From positions 11,162 through 75,161 of the forward strand of contig JBKQWB010000019.1 in assembly GCA_052139735.1 (NCBI GenBank): a DNA stretch of 64,000 nt, given 5' to 3'. The DNA is from Smithella sp. (GTDB taxonomy: Bacteria > Desulfobacterota > Syntrophia > Syntrophales > Smithellaceae). The notes beneath the pieces were generated by a model. It was not told the origin of the DNA. It saw nothing but the letters and a program-made list of their open reading frames with translations, and ran no database searches. The position numbers and the translations under genes are program-made. Shown here in pieces: positions 1 to 10,389 of the stretch; the stretch's first letter is position 1, and each line of letters opens with the position of its first letter.

Positions 1-1298
1 CGGACAAATCAGACGATGTAAATTCGGTGCCAGCGGAAAATCTGAAAAAACGAATGGACAATTTAAGGCGGCGCGAAGATGTTATTAAAAAATACTTAAA
101 TCATCTGAAAGAGGAAGGCGGACAGGCGCTTCAGGAATTGAATCGCGCCTATCGCGCCTATGGGGAAATGCTAAAAGTAATGCGCATGTCCTTGTTTTCC
201 GCCAAGGCGATGTTCATCACGGGGTGGATGGACATAAAGAACAGGGAACAATTGCTTGCGATCCTGCGGGGTATTTGCGGCAACAGATTTATCTTCTCCG
301 AGCGCAAAGACCCGGACGCGCCGGTGCGGCTGCTGAACATGCGGCTCTTCAAACCTTTCGAACTGCTGGTGAAAACAATGGGCATGCCGTCCAACCGGGA
401 AATTGATCCCACGCCGCTTGCCGCCATCACCTTTGTTCTAATGTTCGGCCTCATGTTCGGCGATCTCGGCCAGGGACTGGTGATTGTGCTTTGCGGCATA
501 CTACTGAAGAAGTACGGCCGGAAAAAGGCGAAAGAAGAACTGGCGCAGGCGGGAGGAATCCTGATTGCCTGCGGGCTTTCGGCCTCTGTCTGCGGCCTGC
601 TCTACGGCAGTGTGTTTTCCAGCGAGCACATTATACCCGCGCTCTGGTTTCAGCCGACCCAGCATATCATGAAACTTTTTGCCATGACCATCCTGATGGG
701 AATTGTGTTCATTCTAATCGGTCTTTTTATAAATATCATCAACAATATGCTTAACGCGGAGTATACCGAAGCGCTTCTGGAAAAGCGGGGGCTTGCCATA
801 CTTATTACTTATGCATTCGTCGTTCTTGCCGCTGTAAATTTTCAAACCGGCGGCGGGCTTCCCATGATATGGGCCATAAGCGTTTTTATTGGATTGCCGC
901 TGATTCTTTTTTCATTGAGGGGCGTGATTGGTCCCCTGCTCTTTCGGAGCGCGAAACCTAAAAGCATTTCGGAATATATTATTGAAACGGTGATGGACAT
1001 CGTGGAGATTGCCTTGAGCATGTTTGCCAACACGATTTCATTTATAAGAGTAGGTGCTTTCGCGCTTTCGCACGCGGGCTTAAGTATCGTGACCTATACG
1101 CTTGCCGGCATGGCCGATCCCTCCATGAAATCAGCTGGCGCGATCACCATCATTGTCATCGGGAATATTTTTATCATCGGGTTTGAAGGTTTGATCTGCG
1201 GTATTCAATCCATGCGTCTTGAATACTACGAATTCTTCAGCAAATTTTTCCAGGGAGATGGAGTTGTATTTAGTCCCTTTACCTTAAAGGCATTATAG
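1..1298 (+). CDS. atpI: V/A-type ATP synthase subunit I (membrane a-type subunit), 5' end cut by the window edge
   Basis: The frame is open from nt 3, so the N-terminus lies outside the window. Multiple hydrophobic helices. The essential-Arg region SFIRVGAFALSHAGL and the C-terminal MRLEYYEFFSKFF are typical of subunit I/a. First gene of the ATPase operon. Confidence 0.85.
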   Translation, partial: DKSDDVNSVPAENLKKRMDNLRRREDVIKKYLNHLKEEGGQALQELNRAYRAYGEMLKVMRMSLFSAKAMFITGWMDIKNREQLLAILRGICGNRFIFSERKDPDAPVRLLNMRLFKPFELLVKTMGMPSNREIDPTPLAAITFVLMFGLMFGDLGQGLVIVLCGILLKKYGRKKAKEELAQAGGILIACGLSASVCGLLYGSVFSSEHIIPALWFQPTQHIMKLFAMTILMGIVFILIGLFINIINNMLNAEYTEALLEKRGLAILITYAFVVLAAVNFQTGGGLPMIWAISVFIGLPLILFSLRGVIGPLLFRSAKPKSISEYIIETVMDIVEIALSMFANTISFIRVGAFALSHAGLSIVTYTLAGMADPSMKSAGAITIIVIGNIFIIGFEGLICGIQSMRLEYYEFFSKFFQGDGVVFSPFTLKAL

Positions 1299-1449
1299 GA
1301 GGCTCTTGAAAAATGATTATGTGCTGTGTTTCCCTCATCATGAACCGTTCAACATACCGGCAACATGCCTCACGGCTCATGATTTCGGAGGCCTTGCATC
1401 TGAACATTTTTGAACAGCCTGTTAAAGGTACTAACATCGGAGGTGTGAG

Positions 1450-1770
1450 ATGAGTAAAAAATATTTAGTGTTGGCCATAATCAGCGGATCCGTGTGGCTT
1501 CTACTTCCGGGGGTGATTTCCGCCGCGGGAGTTGATACGGTAAAGGCGGGAGCCGACTGGATGGGACTGGCCTACATAGGAGCCGGGCTTGCCGTGGGGT
1601 TGGCCTGTCTCGCCAGTGGCATAGCCGTAGCCAGAATAGGATCGGCTGCCATCGGCGCGGTAAGCGAGAAGCCGGAACTTATGGGAAGAACATTGGTTTT
1701 CCTGGGGCTGGCTGAAGGTATCGCAATTTACGGCCTGATAATCGCCATCATGATTATTAATAAATTGTAA
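1450..1770 (+). CDS. atpK: V/A-type ATP synthase proteolipid subunit K (c-ring)
   Basis: 106 aa. Gly/Ala-rich helical hairpin with the conserved carboxylate in GLAEGIAIYGL. RBS GGAGG lies 6 nt upstream. An extra hydrophobic, signal-like N-terminal segment is present. Confidence 0.85.
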   Translation: MSKKYLVLAIISGSVWLLLPGVISAAGVDTVKAGADWMGLAYIGAGLAVGLACLASGIAVARIGSAAIGAVSEKPELMGRTLVFLGLAEGIAIYGLIIAIMIINKL

Positions 1771-1771
1771 T

Positions 1772-2077
1772 ATGGAAAAAATTTATATTATTGGGGACAT
1801 ACATACGGTGAGCGCGTTTCGCCTCTCCGGAGTGGAAGGCGTGGAGGCCGCACCCGCTGATGCTTCGGCAAGACTCGAAGAGATCATCGGTAAAAAGAAT
1901 GCCGGCATCGTATTGATGACGAACGATTTGACCCATGATCTTCAAGAACGAATAAGAGAGATCAACCTCAATATGAAAAGCCCCGTGATCATCGAAATCC
2001 CCGACATTGACGATACGGAAGGGTTTCGCAAATCGGCTATGGGTTATATTTCCGAGGCTCTTGGCATATCTTTGTAA
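1772..2077 (+). CDS. atpF: V-type ATP synthase subunit F
   Basis: 101 aa. IYIIGDxxTVSAFRLSGVEG followed by GIVLMT is the typical subunit F pattern. Starts 1 nt after the atpK stop. Confidence 0.8.
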   Translation: MEKIYIIGDIHTVSAFRLSGVEGVEAAPADASARLEEIIGKKNAGIVLMTNDLTHDLQERIREINLNMKSPVIIEIPDIDDTEGFRKSAMGYISEALGISL

Positions 2078-2086
2078 GGATATATC

Positions 2087-2707
2087 ATGGACAATACAAC
2101 TTTAGAAAATTCTATTCGGGAAGAATCCGCGCGGGCGATTGCCGAAATCAGAGAAAAGGAGTCTCTGGAGATCAGACAATTGGACGACATTTATACATCT
2201 GAGATAAATAACTTCCGGAAGAAGACCGAAGCCGAAACAGAAACACATATCCAGCAGGAATTCTCCAAACTGGAGAATAAAGCCATTCTCGAACGCAGGA
2301 AGTTCAAGCTTCAGAGCATGGAGCAGTTTATCAACGGCATTATCAATGAACTTATGAAAGGGATACGGGATAATCCGTTCTATGGGAAATTTCTGATTGG
2401 TGCGGTATGTGATATTGTTAAACAAATTCCGGCCGGCGCCGAAGTAAGGCTAAAGCCTGAAGACCTCTCCCTGGAAAAGGAAATCATGACGGCTATTGGA
2501 GCTGCGGGCCTGAATTTAAATGTAGTCGTTAAAGGAGATCCGAACATTTTATGGGGCGGATGCCTCATTTGGGATGCGGCGCAAAAACGCATTTTCAACA
2601 ATACGATTGAAAGAATCTATTTCAGGAAATCTCTTCTGATCCGTCAAAAGGTCATGAAGATCCTGACGGAGCAATCACGCAGTGGGAAGGAAACTGTTAC
2701 AAAGTAG
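2087..2707 (+). CDS. atpE: V-type ATP synthase subunit E (peripheral stalk)
   Basis: 206 aa. Charged coiled-coil N-terminal half followed by a globular C-terminal half. Position between F and A. Confidence 0.7.
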   Translation: MDNTTLENSIREESARAIAEIREKESLEIRQLDDIYTSEINNFRKKTEAETETHIQQEFSKLENKAILERRKFKLQSMEQFINGIINELMKGIRDNPFYGKFLIGAVCDIVKQIPAGAEVRLKPEDLSLEKEIMTAIGAAGLNLNVVVKGDPNILWGGCLIWDAAQKRIFNNTIERIYFRKSLLIRQKVMKILTEQSRSGKETVTK

Positions 2708-2722
2708 TTGAGCCCCTAAGGA

Positions 2723-4492
2723 GTGAATGTGGACGAGGTATTGACAGGAAAGGTGATCGCGGTAAACGGGCCTATTGTCAAGGCGGTGGGGCTCAAGGAA
2801 ATAAAAATGTATGACATCGCCGAAGTCGGTTCGGACCGTCTTATCGGCGAAGTGATCAGGCTTGTCGATGAGATCACCATCATTCAAGTGTATGAGGATA
2901 ACACCGGCCTGAAACCGGGCGACGAGGTAATTTCCTATGGCCGGCCTCTTTCAGTCCTTTTGGGGCCGGGACTTATTGCCAATATCTACGACGGCATTCA
3001 ACGCCCGCTGATCGGTATCTCCGAGGTGTGTGGAAGTTATATCAAAAAGGGGATAAAACTATCCCCGCTGGATATCAGCAAAAAATGGGATTTCCAGCCG
3101 CTTGTAAAAGCCGGCGCTGACGTCAGTGAGGGAACAATTATAGGAGAGATACAGGAGAGTCCGCTTGTTGTGCACCGGGTAATTGTCCCGCCGGGAATTT
3201 CGGGAAAATTGACCCGGATTGCCTCAGCCGGAGCCTACACGATAGAAGACGAAACATATACGATTGATACGGGTACAGGCATTTACAACGGAAAATTTGC
3301 CGTATACTGGCCGGTGAGAAAGCCGCGTCCCAGCAGAAACCGGAAGAAACCTTTCGTGCCGCTCATAACGGGCCAGAGAGTCATCGACACGTTTTTCCCC
3401 ATCGCCCGAGGAGGTACTGCCGCCATTCCCGGGGGGTTCGGTACAGGGAAAACCATGACGCAGCACTCCCTGGCGAAGTGGTGCAACGCGGATATCATCG
3501 TTTACATCGGCTGCGGCGAACGCGGCAATGAGATGACGGATGTTCTGACGGAATTTCCGAAACTCGTCGATGAAAGAAACGGCAGGCCTTTGATCGAACG
3601 TACAGTCATGATTGCCAACACATCCAATATGCCGGTACCCGCAAGGGAAGTCAGCATCTACACCGGTGTGACCATCGCGGAATATTACCGCGATATGGGA
3701 TACAGCGTGGCGATTATGGCGGATTCCACATCGCGCTGGGCTGAGGCGCTGAGGGAGCTTGCCAGCCGCCTTGGCGACATGCCCGCGGAAGAGGGCTTCC
3801 CGCCATATCTCGGCACAAGGCTAGCCGAATTTTACGAGAGGGCGGGCCTGGTTGAAACACTTTCGGGCAGGGACGGCGATATCACCATCGTCGGCGCGGT
3901 CTCTCCTCCCGGCGGCGATTTCTCGGAGCCGGTCACGCAACACACATCAAGATTTGTAAGATGTTTCTGGGCGCTCGATAAGACACTTGCCGACGCGCGG
4001 CACTATCCGTCCATAAGCTGGATAGACAGCTATACAGAATACCTGATCGACATTGAAGACTGGTGGAAAAATCTCGACAATGAATGGCTGGCCGCCAGAA
4101 ATGAGGCCATGAATATTCTGTTGGAGGATCATCGACTTGAACAGGTAGTGAAACTTGTAGGCTCTGACGCATTGCCGCCATCGGAGCAGTATATTCTCTT
4201 TACCGCCGAAATGATCAAGAACGCCTTCCTGCAGCAGAACTCTTTTGATCCACAGGATAAGTTTTGCAGCCCGGAAAAGCAGATAAAACTTCTGAAGAGT
4301 CTGCTTATTCTATACAACAAAGGCATGGAGCGGGTCCGTGAAGGCGTGCCTGTAAAAGATATTGCCGGACTTGATGTTGTTTCGGAAATAGTGCGGCTCA
4401 AATCAGAAATTCCCAATCAGGAGCTTGTCCGGATAGATGAGTATGTAAAGAGGATGGAGCAGGGACTCTCAGCGCTGAAATCGCCATTGTAA
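2723..4492 (+). CDS. atpA: V-type ATP synthase catalytic subunit A
   Basis: 589 aa. Walker A GGFGTGKT and SRWAEALRE. Contains the non-homologous insert region typical of A subunits. Confidence 0.95.
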   Translation: MNVDEVLTGKVIAVNGPIVKAVGLKEIKMYDIAEVGSDRLIGEVIRLVDEITIIQVYEDNTGLKPGDEVISYGRPLSVLLGPGLIANIYDGIQRPLIGISEVCGSYIKKGIKLSPLDISKKWDFQPLVKAGADVSEGTIIGEIQESPLVVHRVIVPPGISGKLTRIASAGAYTIEDETYTIDTGTGIYNGKFAVYWPVRKPRPSRNRKKPFVPLITGQRVIDTFFPIARGGTAAIPGGFGTGKTMTQHSLAKWCNADIIVYIGCGERGNEMTDVLTEFPKLVDERNGRPLIERTVMIANTSNMPVPAREVSIYTGVTIAEYYRDMGYSVAIMADSTSRWAEALRELASRLGDMPAEEGFPPYLGTRLAEFYERAGLVETLSGRDGDITIVGAVSPPGGDFSEPVTQHTSRFVRCFWALDKTLADARHYPSISWIDSYTEYLIDIEDWWKNLDNEWLAARNEAMNILLEDHRLEQVVKLVGSDALPPSEQYILFTAEMIKNAFLQQNSFDPQDKFCSPEKQIKLLKSLLILYNKGMERVREGVPVKDIAGLDVVSEIVRLKSEIPNQELVRIDEYVKRMEQGLSALKSPL

Positions 4493-4502
4493 GAGGTATA
4501 AT

Positions 4503-5900
4503 ATGCCAGCAGAAATCGAATATATGAATCTTTCCGGAATCTCCGGTCCATTGATTTTCGTTGACGGAATCAGGGGAGTCGGTTTCGGCGACATCGTGGA
4601 AATCCGCGATGCTTCAGGTGAAGTGCGTGTCGGCCAGACGCTGGAAGTGGATGAACAAAGAGCCGTGGTTCAGGTGTTCGAAGGAACAAGCGGTCTTTCG
4701 GTGCAGGGAACGAGGGTTACCTTTGTGGGAAAAGCGTTGGAAATCCCCGTGGATCGTGAGATGCTGGGAAGGGTCTTTGACGGTCTCGGAAGGCCGATTG
4801 ACGGAGCTCCGCAGGTCATCACGGACAGGATGATGAATGTGAACGGCCTGCCGATAAATCCCTGGAGCAGGGAATATCCGCGGGATTTCATCCAGACGGG
4901 AATATCCGCGATTGACGGGATGAATACGCTTATCCGCGGCCAGAAGCTTCCTATATTTTCGGGCAGCGGCATGCCGCACAACCGCATTGCCGCACAGATA
5001 GCGCGGCAGGCAAGGATACTTACTGCCGAAGAAGAATTCACCGTCATCTTTGCTGCTATGGGAGTGAAATTCGACGTGGCCAGATTCTTCATCGATTCCC
5101 TTGAAGAGTCGGGCGTTCTCACCCATTCCGCGATATTTTTAAGCCTTGCCGACTCGCCCTCCATCGAACGCCTGGTTACGCCGCGGACGGCGTTGACGCT
5201 GGCCGAGTATCTGGCCTTCGAAGAAGGGATGCACGTCCTCGTGATCCTGACGGATATGACGAATTACTGCGAGGCCCTCCGGGAACTATCCAGTTCACGC
5301 GGCGAGATACCGTCGCGCAAAGGTTATCCCGGTTACCTTTACAGCGATCTGGCCTCCGTATATGAACGCGCGGGCAGGCTCAAAGGCGGCAAGGGGTCCA
5401 TTACCCAGGTGCCGATACTCACCATGCCGAGCGACGATATTTCTCATCCCGTGCCGGACCTGACCGGTTATATCACTGAAGGCCAGATTGTGCTGGAGCG
5501 GGAGCTTTTCAACAAGGGAATTTATCCTCCCATTGCCGGTCTGCCTTCCCTTTCCAGGCTGATGAAGGATGGAATAGGAGAGGGAAGAACGCGTAAGGAT
5601 CACGGCCAGGTGGCTGCTCAACTTTTTGCATCCTATGCGAAAGTCAAGCGCATACGGGCGCTGGCGGCGATTGTCGGAGAAGAAGAACTTTCCGAACTCG
5701 ATAAAACCTATTTGAAATTCGGAAGCGCGTTTGAGGAGATATTTTTACGCCAGGCTTACGAGGAGAACCGTTCGATTGAGCAGACGCTTGATATCGGCTG
5801 GCGAATGCTCTCGCTGCTTCCCCGCGATGAATTATACCGCATAGCCAGAGAGGACATACAAAGATACTATATGCCCGAGACGAAGACAGACGGAGAATAA
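4503..5900 (+). CDS. atpB: V-type ATP synthase subunit B
   Basis: 465 aa. Alpha/beta-type nucleotide-binding fold lacking a canonical P-loop lysine (SGSGMPHN). Also [13 protein letters not shown] and [10 protein letters not shown]. Confidence 0.95.
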   Translation: MPAEIEYMNLSGISGPLIFVDGIRGVGFGDIVEIRDASGEVRVGQTLEVDEQRAVVQVFEGTSGLSVQGTRVTFVGKALEIPVDREMLGRVFDGLGRPIDGAPQVITDRMMNVNGLPINPWSREYPRDFIQTGISAIDGMNTLIRGQKLPIFSGSGMPHNRIAAQIARQARILTAEEEFTVIFAAMGVKFDVARFFIDSLEESGVLTHSAIFLSLADSPSIERLVTPRTALTLAEYLAFEEGMHVLVILTDMTNYCEALRELSSSRGEIPSRKGYPGYLYSDLASVYERAGRLKGGKGSITQVPILTMPSDDISHPVPDLTGYITEGQIVLERELFNKGIYPPIAGLPSLSRLMKDGIGEGRTRKDHGQVAAQLFASYAKVKRIRALAAIVGEEELSELDKTYLKFGSAFEEIFLRQAYEENRSIEQTLDIGWRMLSLLPRDELYRIAREDIQRYYMPETKTDGE

Positions 5901-5903
5901 ATA

Positions 5904-6530
5904 ATGCCGAAGATAGAACTTCCCCCTACAAAATCATCGCTGCGCAAGCTTAAGGAAGACCTGGCTTTTGCTTACGAGGGTTACGATCTGCTCAACCAGA
6001 AACGCGAGATTCTGGCCATGGAGATCGTCCGGAAGATTGGCATGATCAGGAAGATTGAGGCCGATTTTCAGGAGGTTTTGAATAAACTCTATGCTGCCTA
6101 TAAGAATGCGGCGCTGGATATGGGTTCCGAGGCCGTCACTTTGCAGAGTTGCCAGGAAACGAGAGGTTATTTTCTCCATATGGATTATGCCAAATTCATG
6201 GGATTGAAGCTGTTAAATATCAGGCTTGATCTTAAGACTCCCCGTCTTGCGCATAATCTGCCGCAAACGACGGCTGTTTACGACAACGCCAAGGCGCAAT
6301 CCAGAGCGGCGCTTCCAATGCTTGCCGAATACGCGACCATCATGAAGTCTGTTATCATGCTATCGAGAGAACTAAAAAAAGTGCAGCGGCGCGTAAACGC
6401 ACTGGAGAAGATATTTATTCCTCAGCACGAGGAAGCGAAAAAGTATATCACGGACAGGATTGAGGAGATGGAGCGCGAAGAAATCTTCGTGAAGAAGCTT
6501 ATCCGGCAGCGTCAACAGCCGCAGGTCTGA
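5904..6530 (+). CDS. atpD: V-type ATP synthase subunit D (central stalk)
   Basis: 208 aa. N-terminal PTKSSLRKLKEDL and C-terminal RVNALEKIFIP, long coiled coils. Last gene of the operon. Confidence 0.9.
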   Translation: MPKIELPPTKSSLRKLKEDLAFAYEGYDLLNQKREILAMEIVRKIGMIRKIEADFQEVLNKLYAAYKNAALDMGSEAVTLQSCQETRGYFLHMDYAKFMGLKLLNIRLDLKTPRLAHNLPQTTAVYDNAKAQSRAALPMLAEYATIMKSVIMLSRELKKVQRRVNALEKIFIPQHEEAKKYITDRIEEMEREEIFVKKLIRQRQQPQV

Positions 6531-6576
6531 TAAGAAGATCGATTCAGTTAATTTCATAACGAGGGGGAGATTAACA

Positions 6577-7032
6577 ATGAAAGTATACGCCGTTAAATAT
6601 TTGGAGCTGGTAGAAAAACACGCGGATAAGATTGCCGCCAGATGGGTAAAGGATGTCAAGAGTAACGACAAAACACCTACGTATAAAAATCTGGATGAAC
6701 AGAAAATAATATTTCAGTGCGTCCGGTTTTATCAGAATTTCAGCAAGATGTTTCTTGATGAAAAAATCACGGATGATGTATGCAGATATTTCCGAAGCTA
6801 TGCGCGGGAAAGTTACGCGATGGGCATTCCGGGGAAAGAGACTATTTACGCGCTGATACTGATGAGACGCCATATCTGGCTCTATGCCGAGTTTCAACTG
6901 ATATTCAGCTCGGGGATTGCGCAGCAGGAAGCTATGGACACGCTAAACCGCACCATTTTGCTGTTTGATTACGCAGCTTATGAGGTGACCAGAGAATATC
7001 AGAAACTGATGAAGGATGATACAGTACTTTAA
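6577..7032 (+). CDS. Hypothetical protein, RsbRD-N-terminal-like (non-haem globin-type sensor fold) by loose resemblance
   Basis: 151-aa all-helical ORF with a plausible RBS (GAGGGGGAG) upstream. Family assignment is weak. Confidence 0.35.
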   Translation: MKVYAVKYLELVEKHADKIAARWVKDVKSNDKTPTYKNLDEQKIIFQCVRFYQNFSKMFLDEKITDDVCRYFRSYARESYAMGIPGKETIYALILMRRHIWLYAEFQLIFSSGIAQQEAMDTLNRTILLFDYAAYEVTREYQKLMKDDTVL

Positions 7033-7916
7033 GATGCCGCAATCTTGCCGTATGAATTGCCGGCGGGAGCTTTATCGCGTCCTCTTTCGGCGATGATGAG
7101 TTTGGCGCCGGGCATTTCTCTGCGTGAATACGCGATAAGCATGCGTACCAAACCCTTATGGAACTTGCCTTTTTCCGCTTCGTCGAGTAGAAGATCTATA
7201 GCTGCCCGAAGTGAAAAGGGTCTGGTTCTGTAAGGCCGCTCCGATATCAACGCGTCCAGGGCGTCAACCACGCCTATTAACTTGGAATATTTGTTGAGTG
7301 TTTTTATTCCCAGAGGATAACCGGAACCGTCAAGTCTTTCGTGATGCTGAAACGAAGAAAAAGCGTATTTCTGATGATCCTTACCGAAATAATAATGCAA
7401 AAGCACGTAACCTATCAGCGGATGCGAGCTTAATATTTGACGTTCGTACATGGTGACCGGTGTAGGTTTATCCAGAATGCTCAGAGGGATTCGCGATTTG
7501 CCAAGATCATGGAAGAGGCTCAGCAGTATGGCCATATCCGGCAAGTAGGGACTTTTTTGTGAATAGTCAAAAGATATCTTGCCGGAAAGTATGGCGATGA
7601 CCATAATATGCCGATAAGTGTATGGCGTCAGTTTTTTCATATAAGTGAGTTCGGATAATATCTTCTCCGGTATTTTGATACGGTTGATTGAACGGATTAT
7701 CTTTTGATTGGTTTTTGAAGGGTATAGAATATTCGAATATCGTTTGTCTTTAAAAGTCCGGATTAAATCCTTCATCATCCATGTGTCTTTTATCGGGATG
7801 TAACGGATTTTTGCAGATAAAGCGGCGATGTTTTTAAGTGTTTTTCTACTGATGGTGTCTTGGGCTTTTACGAGCAGTGTTTTATCAATCGCGTATAGGT
7901 CGTTTTCCAGCTTCAT
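7029..7916 (-). CDS. HD-GYP domain protein (putative c-di-GMP phosphodiesterase)
   Basis: Intact HDLGK and HHERLDGSGYPLG motifs. An N-terminal ~130 aa of unknown function precedes them. Confidence 0.85.
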   Translation of the reverse strand: MKLENDLYAIDKTLLVKAQDTISRKTLKNIAALSAKIRYIPIKDTWMMKDLIRTFKDKRYSNILYPSKTNQKIIRSINRIKIPEKILSELTYMKKLTPYTYRHIMVIAILSGKISFDYSQKSPYLPDMAILLSLFHDLGKSRIPLSILDKPTPVTMYERQILSSHPLIGYVLLHYYFGKDHQKYAFSSFQHHERLDGSGYPLGIKTLNKYSKLIGVVDALDALISERPYRTRPFSLRAAIDLLLDEAEKGKFHKGLVRMLIAYSRREMPGAKLIIAERGRDKAPAGNSYGKIAAS

Positions 7917-7937
7917 GCGCGTCTCCTGTTAAGAAAT

Positions 7938-9422
7938 TCAAGTTTTAGAGGAGTTTGAAGCTCCCTCTTTAGATGATAAAATTCTCAGCCTGCTGTGCTT
8001 TCTGCTGTAGAAAAAGTAAATCACCATGCCTATTGCCATCCATACAATCAGCCGTATCCACGTGTCCAGCGGCAGGAACACCATCTGGAGCATAGTGACG
8101 AGAGCTCCGGCCACGGGGACAAACGGGACCCAGGGCGTGCGGAACACGCGAGGAATTTCCGGATGGCGATAACGCAGCACAAGTACGCCTACACACACGA
8201 TGACAAACGCAAGCAACGTGCCTATGGAAACCAGTTCTCCGAGAATGTTGATAGGAAAGACGCCGGACACGGCTATCGCGACGCATCCGGTGAGAATCGT
8301 CGGTACATAGGGTGTCTTGAAGCGAGGATGCACGCGGGCAAAACCGGACGGCAGCAAACCGTCACGCGCCATTGCAAAAAATACGCGCGGCTGGGCCATG
8401 AGCAGCACCAGCACCACGGAACTAAGTCCCGCGATTGCGCCGAATTTGATGAAAGGACGAAGCCACGCTATGCCCGGTCCCGCCGCATTGACGGCAACGG
8501 CAATGGGATCGGGAACAGACAGACTTGTGTATTTCATGATTCCGGTAAGTACGCCGGACATGAGGATGAAAACGACCGTGCAGACGGCAAGCGAACCCAG
8601 AATGCCGATCGGCATGTCGCGCTGGGGATTGCGTGCTTCCTGAGCCGCGGTAGAAACCGCGTCAAAGCCTATATAAGCGAAAAAGATTACGCCCGCGCCG
8701 CGCACCACGCCGCTCCAGCCGAATTCCCCGAACAGTCCGGTATTAACCGGTATAAAAGGTGTCCAGTTGGCAAGCTTGATAAAAAACATGCCCACGCCGA
8801 TAAAGAGAGCAATGACGATAAGCTTGACAACGACGATAAGATTGTTGACTCTTGCCGATTCCCTGATGCCGATAACCAGAAGCGTCGTCATCAGCGCGAC
8901 TATAAAGATGGCCGGAAAATTAAGAATAGCGCCGGTTGTTTGCCAGCCTGAGGCGGCGGAATAGGAGAGGGGAGCCTGACACAGGGCAGCCGGCATGTTG
9001 ATATTGAAGTCTTTTAAAAAACTGACGACGTAGCCTGACCAGCCCACGGCGACAGTCGATGCGCCGAAAAGATATTCGAGCACAAGGTCCCAGCCGATGA
9101 TCCATGCCAGGAGTTCTCCCAGCGTGGCATAGGCGTAGGTATAGGCGCTGCCGGAAATCGGAATCATGGAAGCGAATTCCGCATAGCAGAGCCCCGCCAA
9201 AGCGCAGCCGATTGCCGAAATGATAAAGGAAAGCACGATAGCCGGACCGGCATAAGCTGCCGCGGCATGGCCGGACAGAACAAATATTCCGGCGCCGATT
9301 ACAACGCCTACTCCCAGGCTGATCAGTCCCCACGGCCCTAAAACTCTTTTTAGCTGATGCTGCTCGACCTCCGGTTCCTCCATGATAAGCTCAATGGGTT
9401 TCCGCGCGAATAGACCTTTCAT
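7938..9422 (-). CDS. APC-superfamily amino acid permease (cationic amino acid transporter-like)
   Basis: 494 aa, about 12-14 TM helices. N-terminal LGPWGLISLGVGVVIGAGIFVLSG signature of amino-acid permeases. Confidence 0.85.
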   Translation of the reverse strand: MKGLFARKPIELIMEEPEVEQHQLKRVLGPWGLISLGVGVVIGAGIFVLSGHAAAAYAGPAIVLSFIISAIGCALAGLCYAEFASMIPISGSAYTYAYATLGELLAWIIGWDLVLEYLFGASTVAVGWSGYVVSFLKDFNINMPAALCQAPLSYSAASGWQTTGAILNFPAIFIVALMTTLLVIGIRESARVNNLIVVVKLIVIALFIGVGMFFIKLANWTPFIPVNTGLFGEFGWSGVVRGAGVIFFAYIGFDAVSTAAQEARNPQRDMPIGILGSLAVCTVVFILMSGVLTGIMKYTSLSVPDPIAVAVNAAGPGIAWLRPFIKFGAIAGLSSVVLVLLMAQPRVFFAMARDGLLPSGFARVHPRFKTPYVPTILTGCVAIAVSGVFPINILGELVSIGTLLAFVIVCVGVLVLRYRHPEIPRVFRTPWVPFVPVAGALVTMLQMVFLPLDTWIRLIVWMAIGMVIYFFYSRKHSRLRILSSKEGASNSSKT

Positions 9423-9470
9423 AATTAAGCCCTTTTTAAGGAGTGTGGAAATATTTATTTATTCCTGTGG

Positions 9471-9499
9471 TCTATAAAAAACTCGGTCTCTTATGTCAA
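9471..9499 (-). promoter_or_regulatory. Sigma70-type promoter candidate for the permease gene
   Basis: Minus strand reads TTGACA-17 nt-TATAGA, ending about 48 nt upstream of the ATG at 9422. Confidence 0.4.
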
Positions 9500-10173
9500 G
9501 GAAATCTTAACTTAAAAAGTGCAGAGTGTCGCGTCGCAGCCATGCCACAGATATATAATAGACATATAATAGATATGTAGGAACTGGTATTACGTAATCT
9601 TTTCGATCATGACAATTAAGTTCTCCGCTACCTTCGAAAGTTCTATTGATTCGCTCAATAAATTCGCTTTTGGCTTTTACTTATTCATCAATGAGTTTTA
9701 TTTCATTATCCACGTTATACATCCCCCTTGAAAGAAAATAATTTACGGCCCGGTTAAATAGCAGCCAAAGGAAAACTTTTTTCTATATTATCATCTAATA
9801 TATCTCCAATTGAATAACCGTTTCTGACCGAGCGAGATATAAGAAGTCCGACGCCTTATGTCATGACTGTATTGAAAAAAATTTAGACGTAATACAAACA
9901 GTTTGCTGTGGAATAGGTCTGCGAAAAAAATGATAAAAAATCATTATATATCGATAATTATTTACCGATTGATACAAAGGGTTTCAATTGTGTTAATTGC
10001 GAATTGAAGTTTTGTATTTTCTTTTGGAGCCTGCAACTTATGGGAAACAGGGCAATCGATGAGAAGTTGCCGCCGGGTCGCGCAAAGAGATCACAATATC
10101 CGGTTTCTCAGCGATCTCCCCGGTTCATTTGGGCAACTCATGAAGTCCGCTGTCTCTGGCGGAGTATGTGTTT

Positions 10174-10389
10174 TTAATCAAGAATCATCAGAAGTTGATC
10201 CGTTTTTACAGAGTCGCCTTCTTTGACATTTATTTCCTTAACCGTGCCGTCAACCGGCGCGTATACGGGAATTTCCATTTTCATGGCGTCCATGATAACA
10301 ACTTCATCTTCAGCGCTAACCTTGTCGCCGGCCTTAACAACGATACTGACGATTTTACCGGTCATGGGAGCCTTTATTTCCGTGCTCAT
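10174..10389 (-). CDS. Small biotinyl/lipoyl-attachment domain protein (BCCP-like carrier)
   Basis: Contains the biotinylation motif MDAMKME within PMTGKIV...GDKV...VDGTV. I prefer the ATG at 10389 (AAGGAG 10 nt upstream) over the longer track ORF ending at 10440. Confidence 0.8.
   Translation of the reverse strand: MSTEIKAPMTGKIVSIVVKAGDKVSAEDEVVIMDAMKMEIPVYAPVDGTVKEINVKEGDSVKTDQLLMILD

Noticed and set aside
7029-7032. Convergent genes (RsbRD-like and HD-GYP) whose stop codons share the tetranucleotide TTAA
   Set aside because: It is real in the sequence but a common compaction feature. It says only that no terminator fits between the genes, so it is not reported as a finding.
7995-8951. 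318-aa plus-strand ORF, plus several other ORFs of 100 aa or more on either strand, inside the permease gene region
   Set aside because: It lies entirely within the strongly recognisable APC permease gene, on the opposite strand or out of frame. Its Arg/His/Asp-rich low-complexity composition is typical of an out-of-frame reading of a GC-richer membrane-protein gene. No RBS is present.
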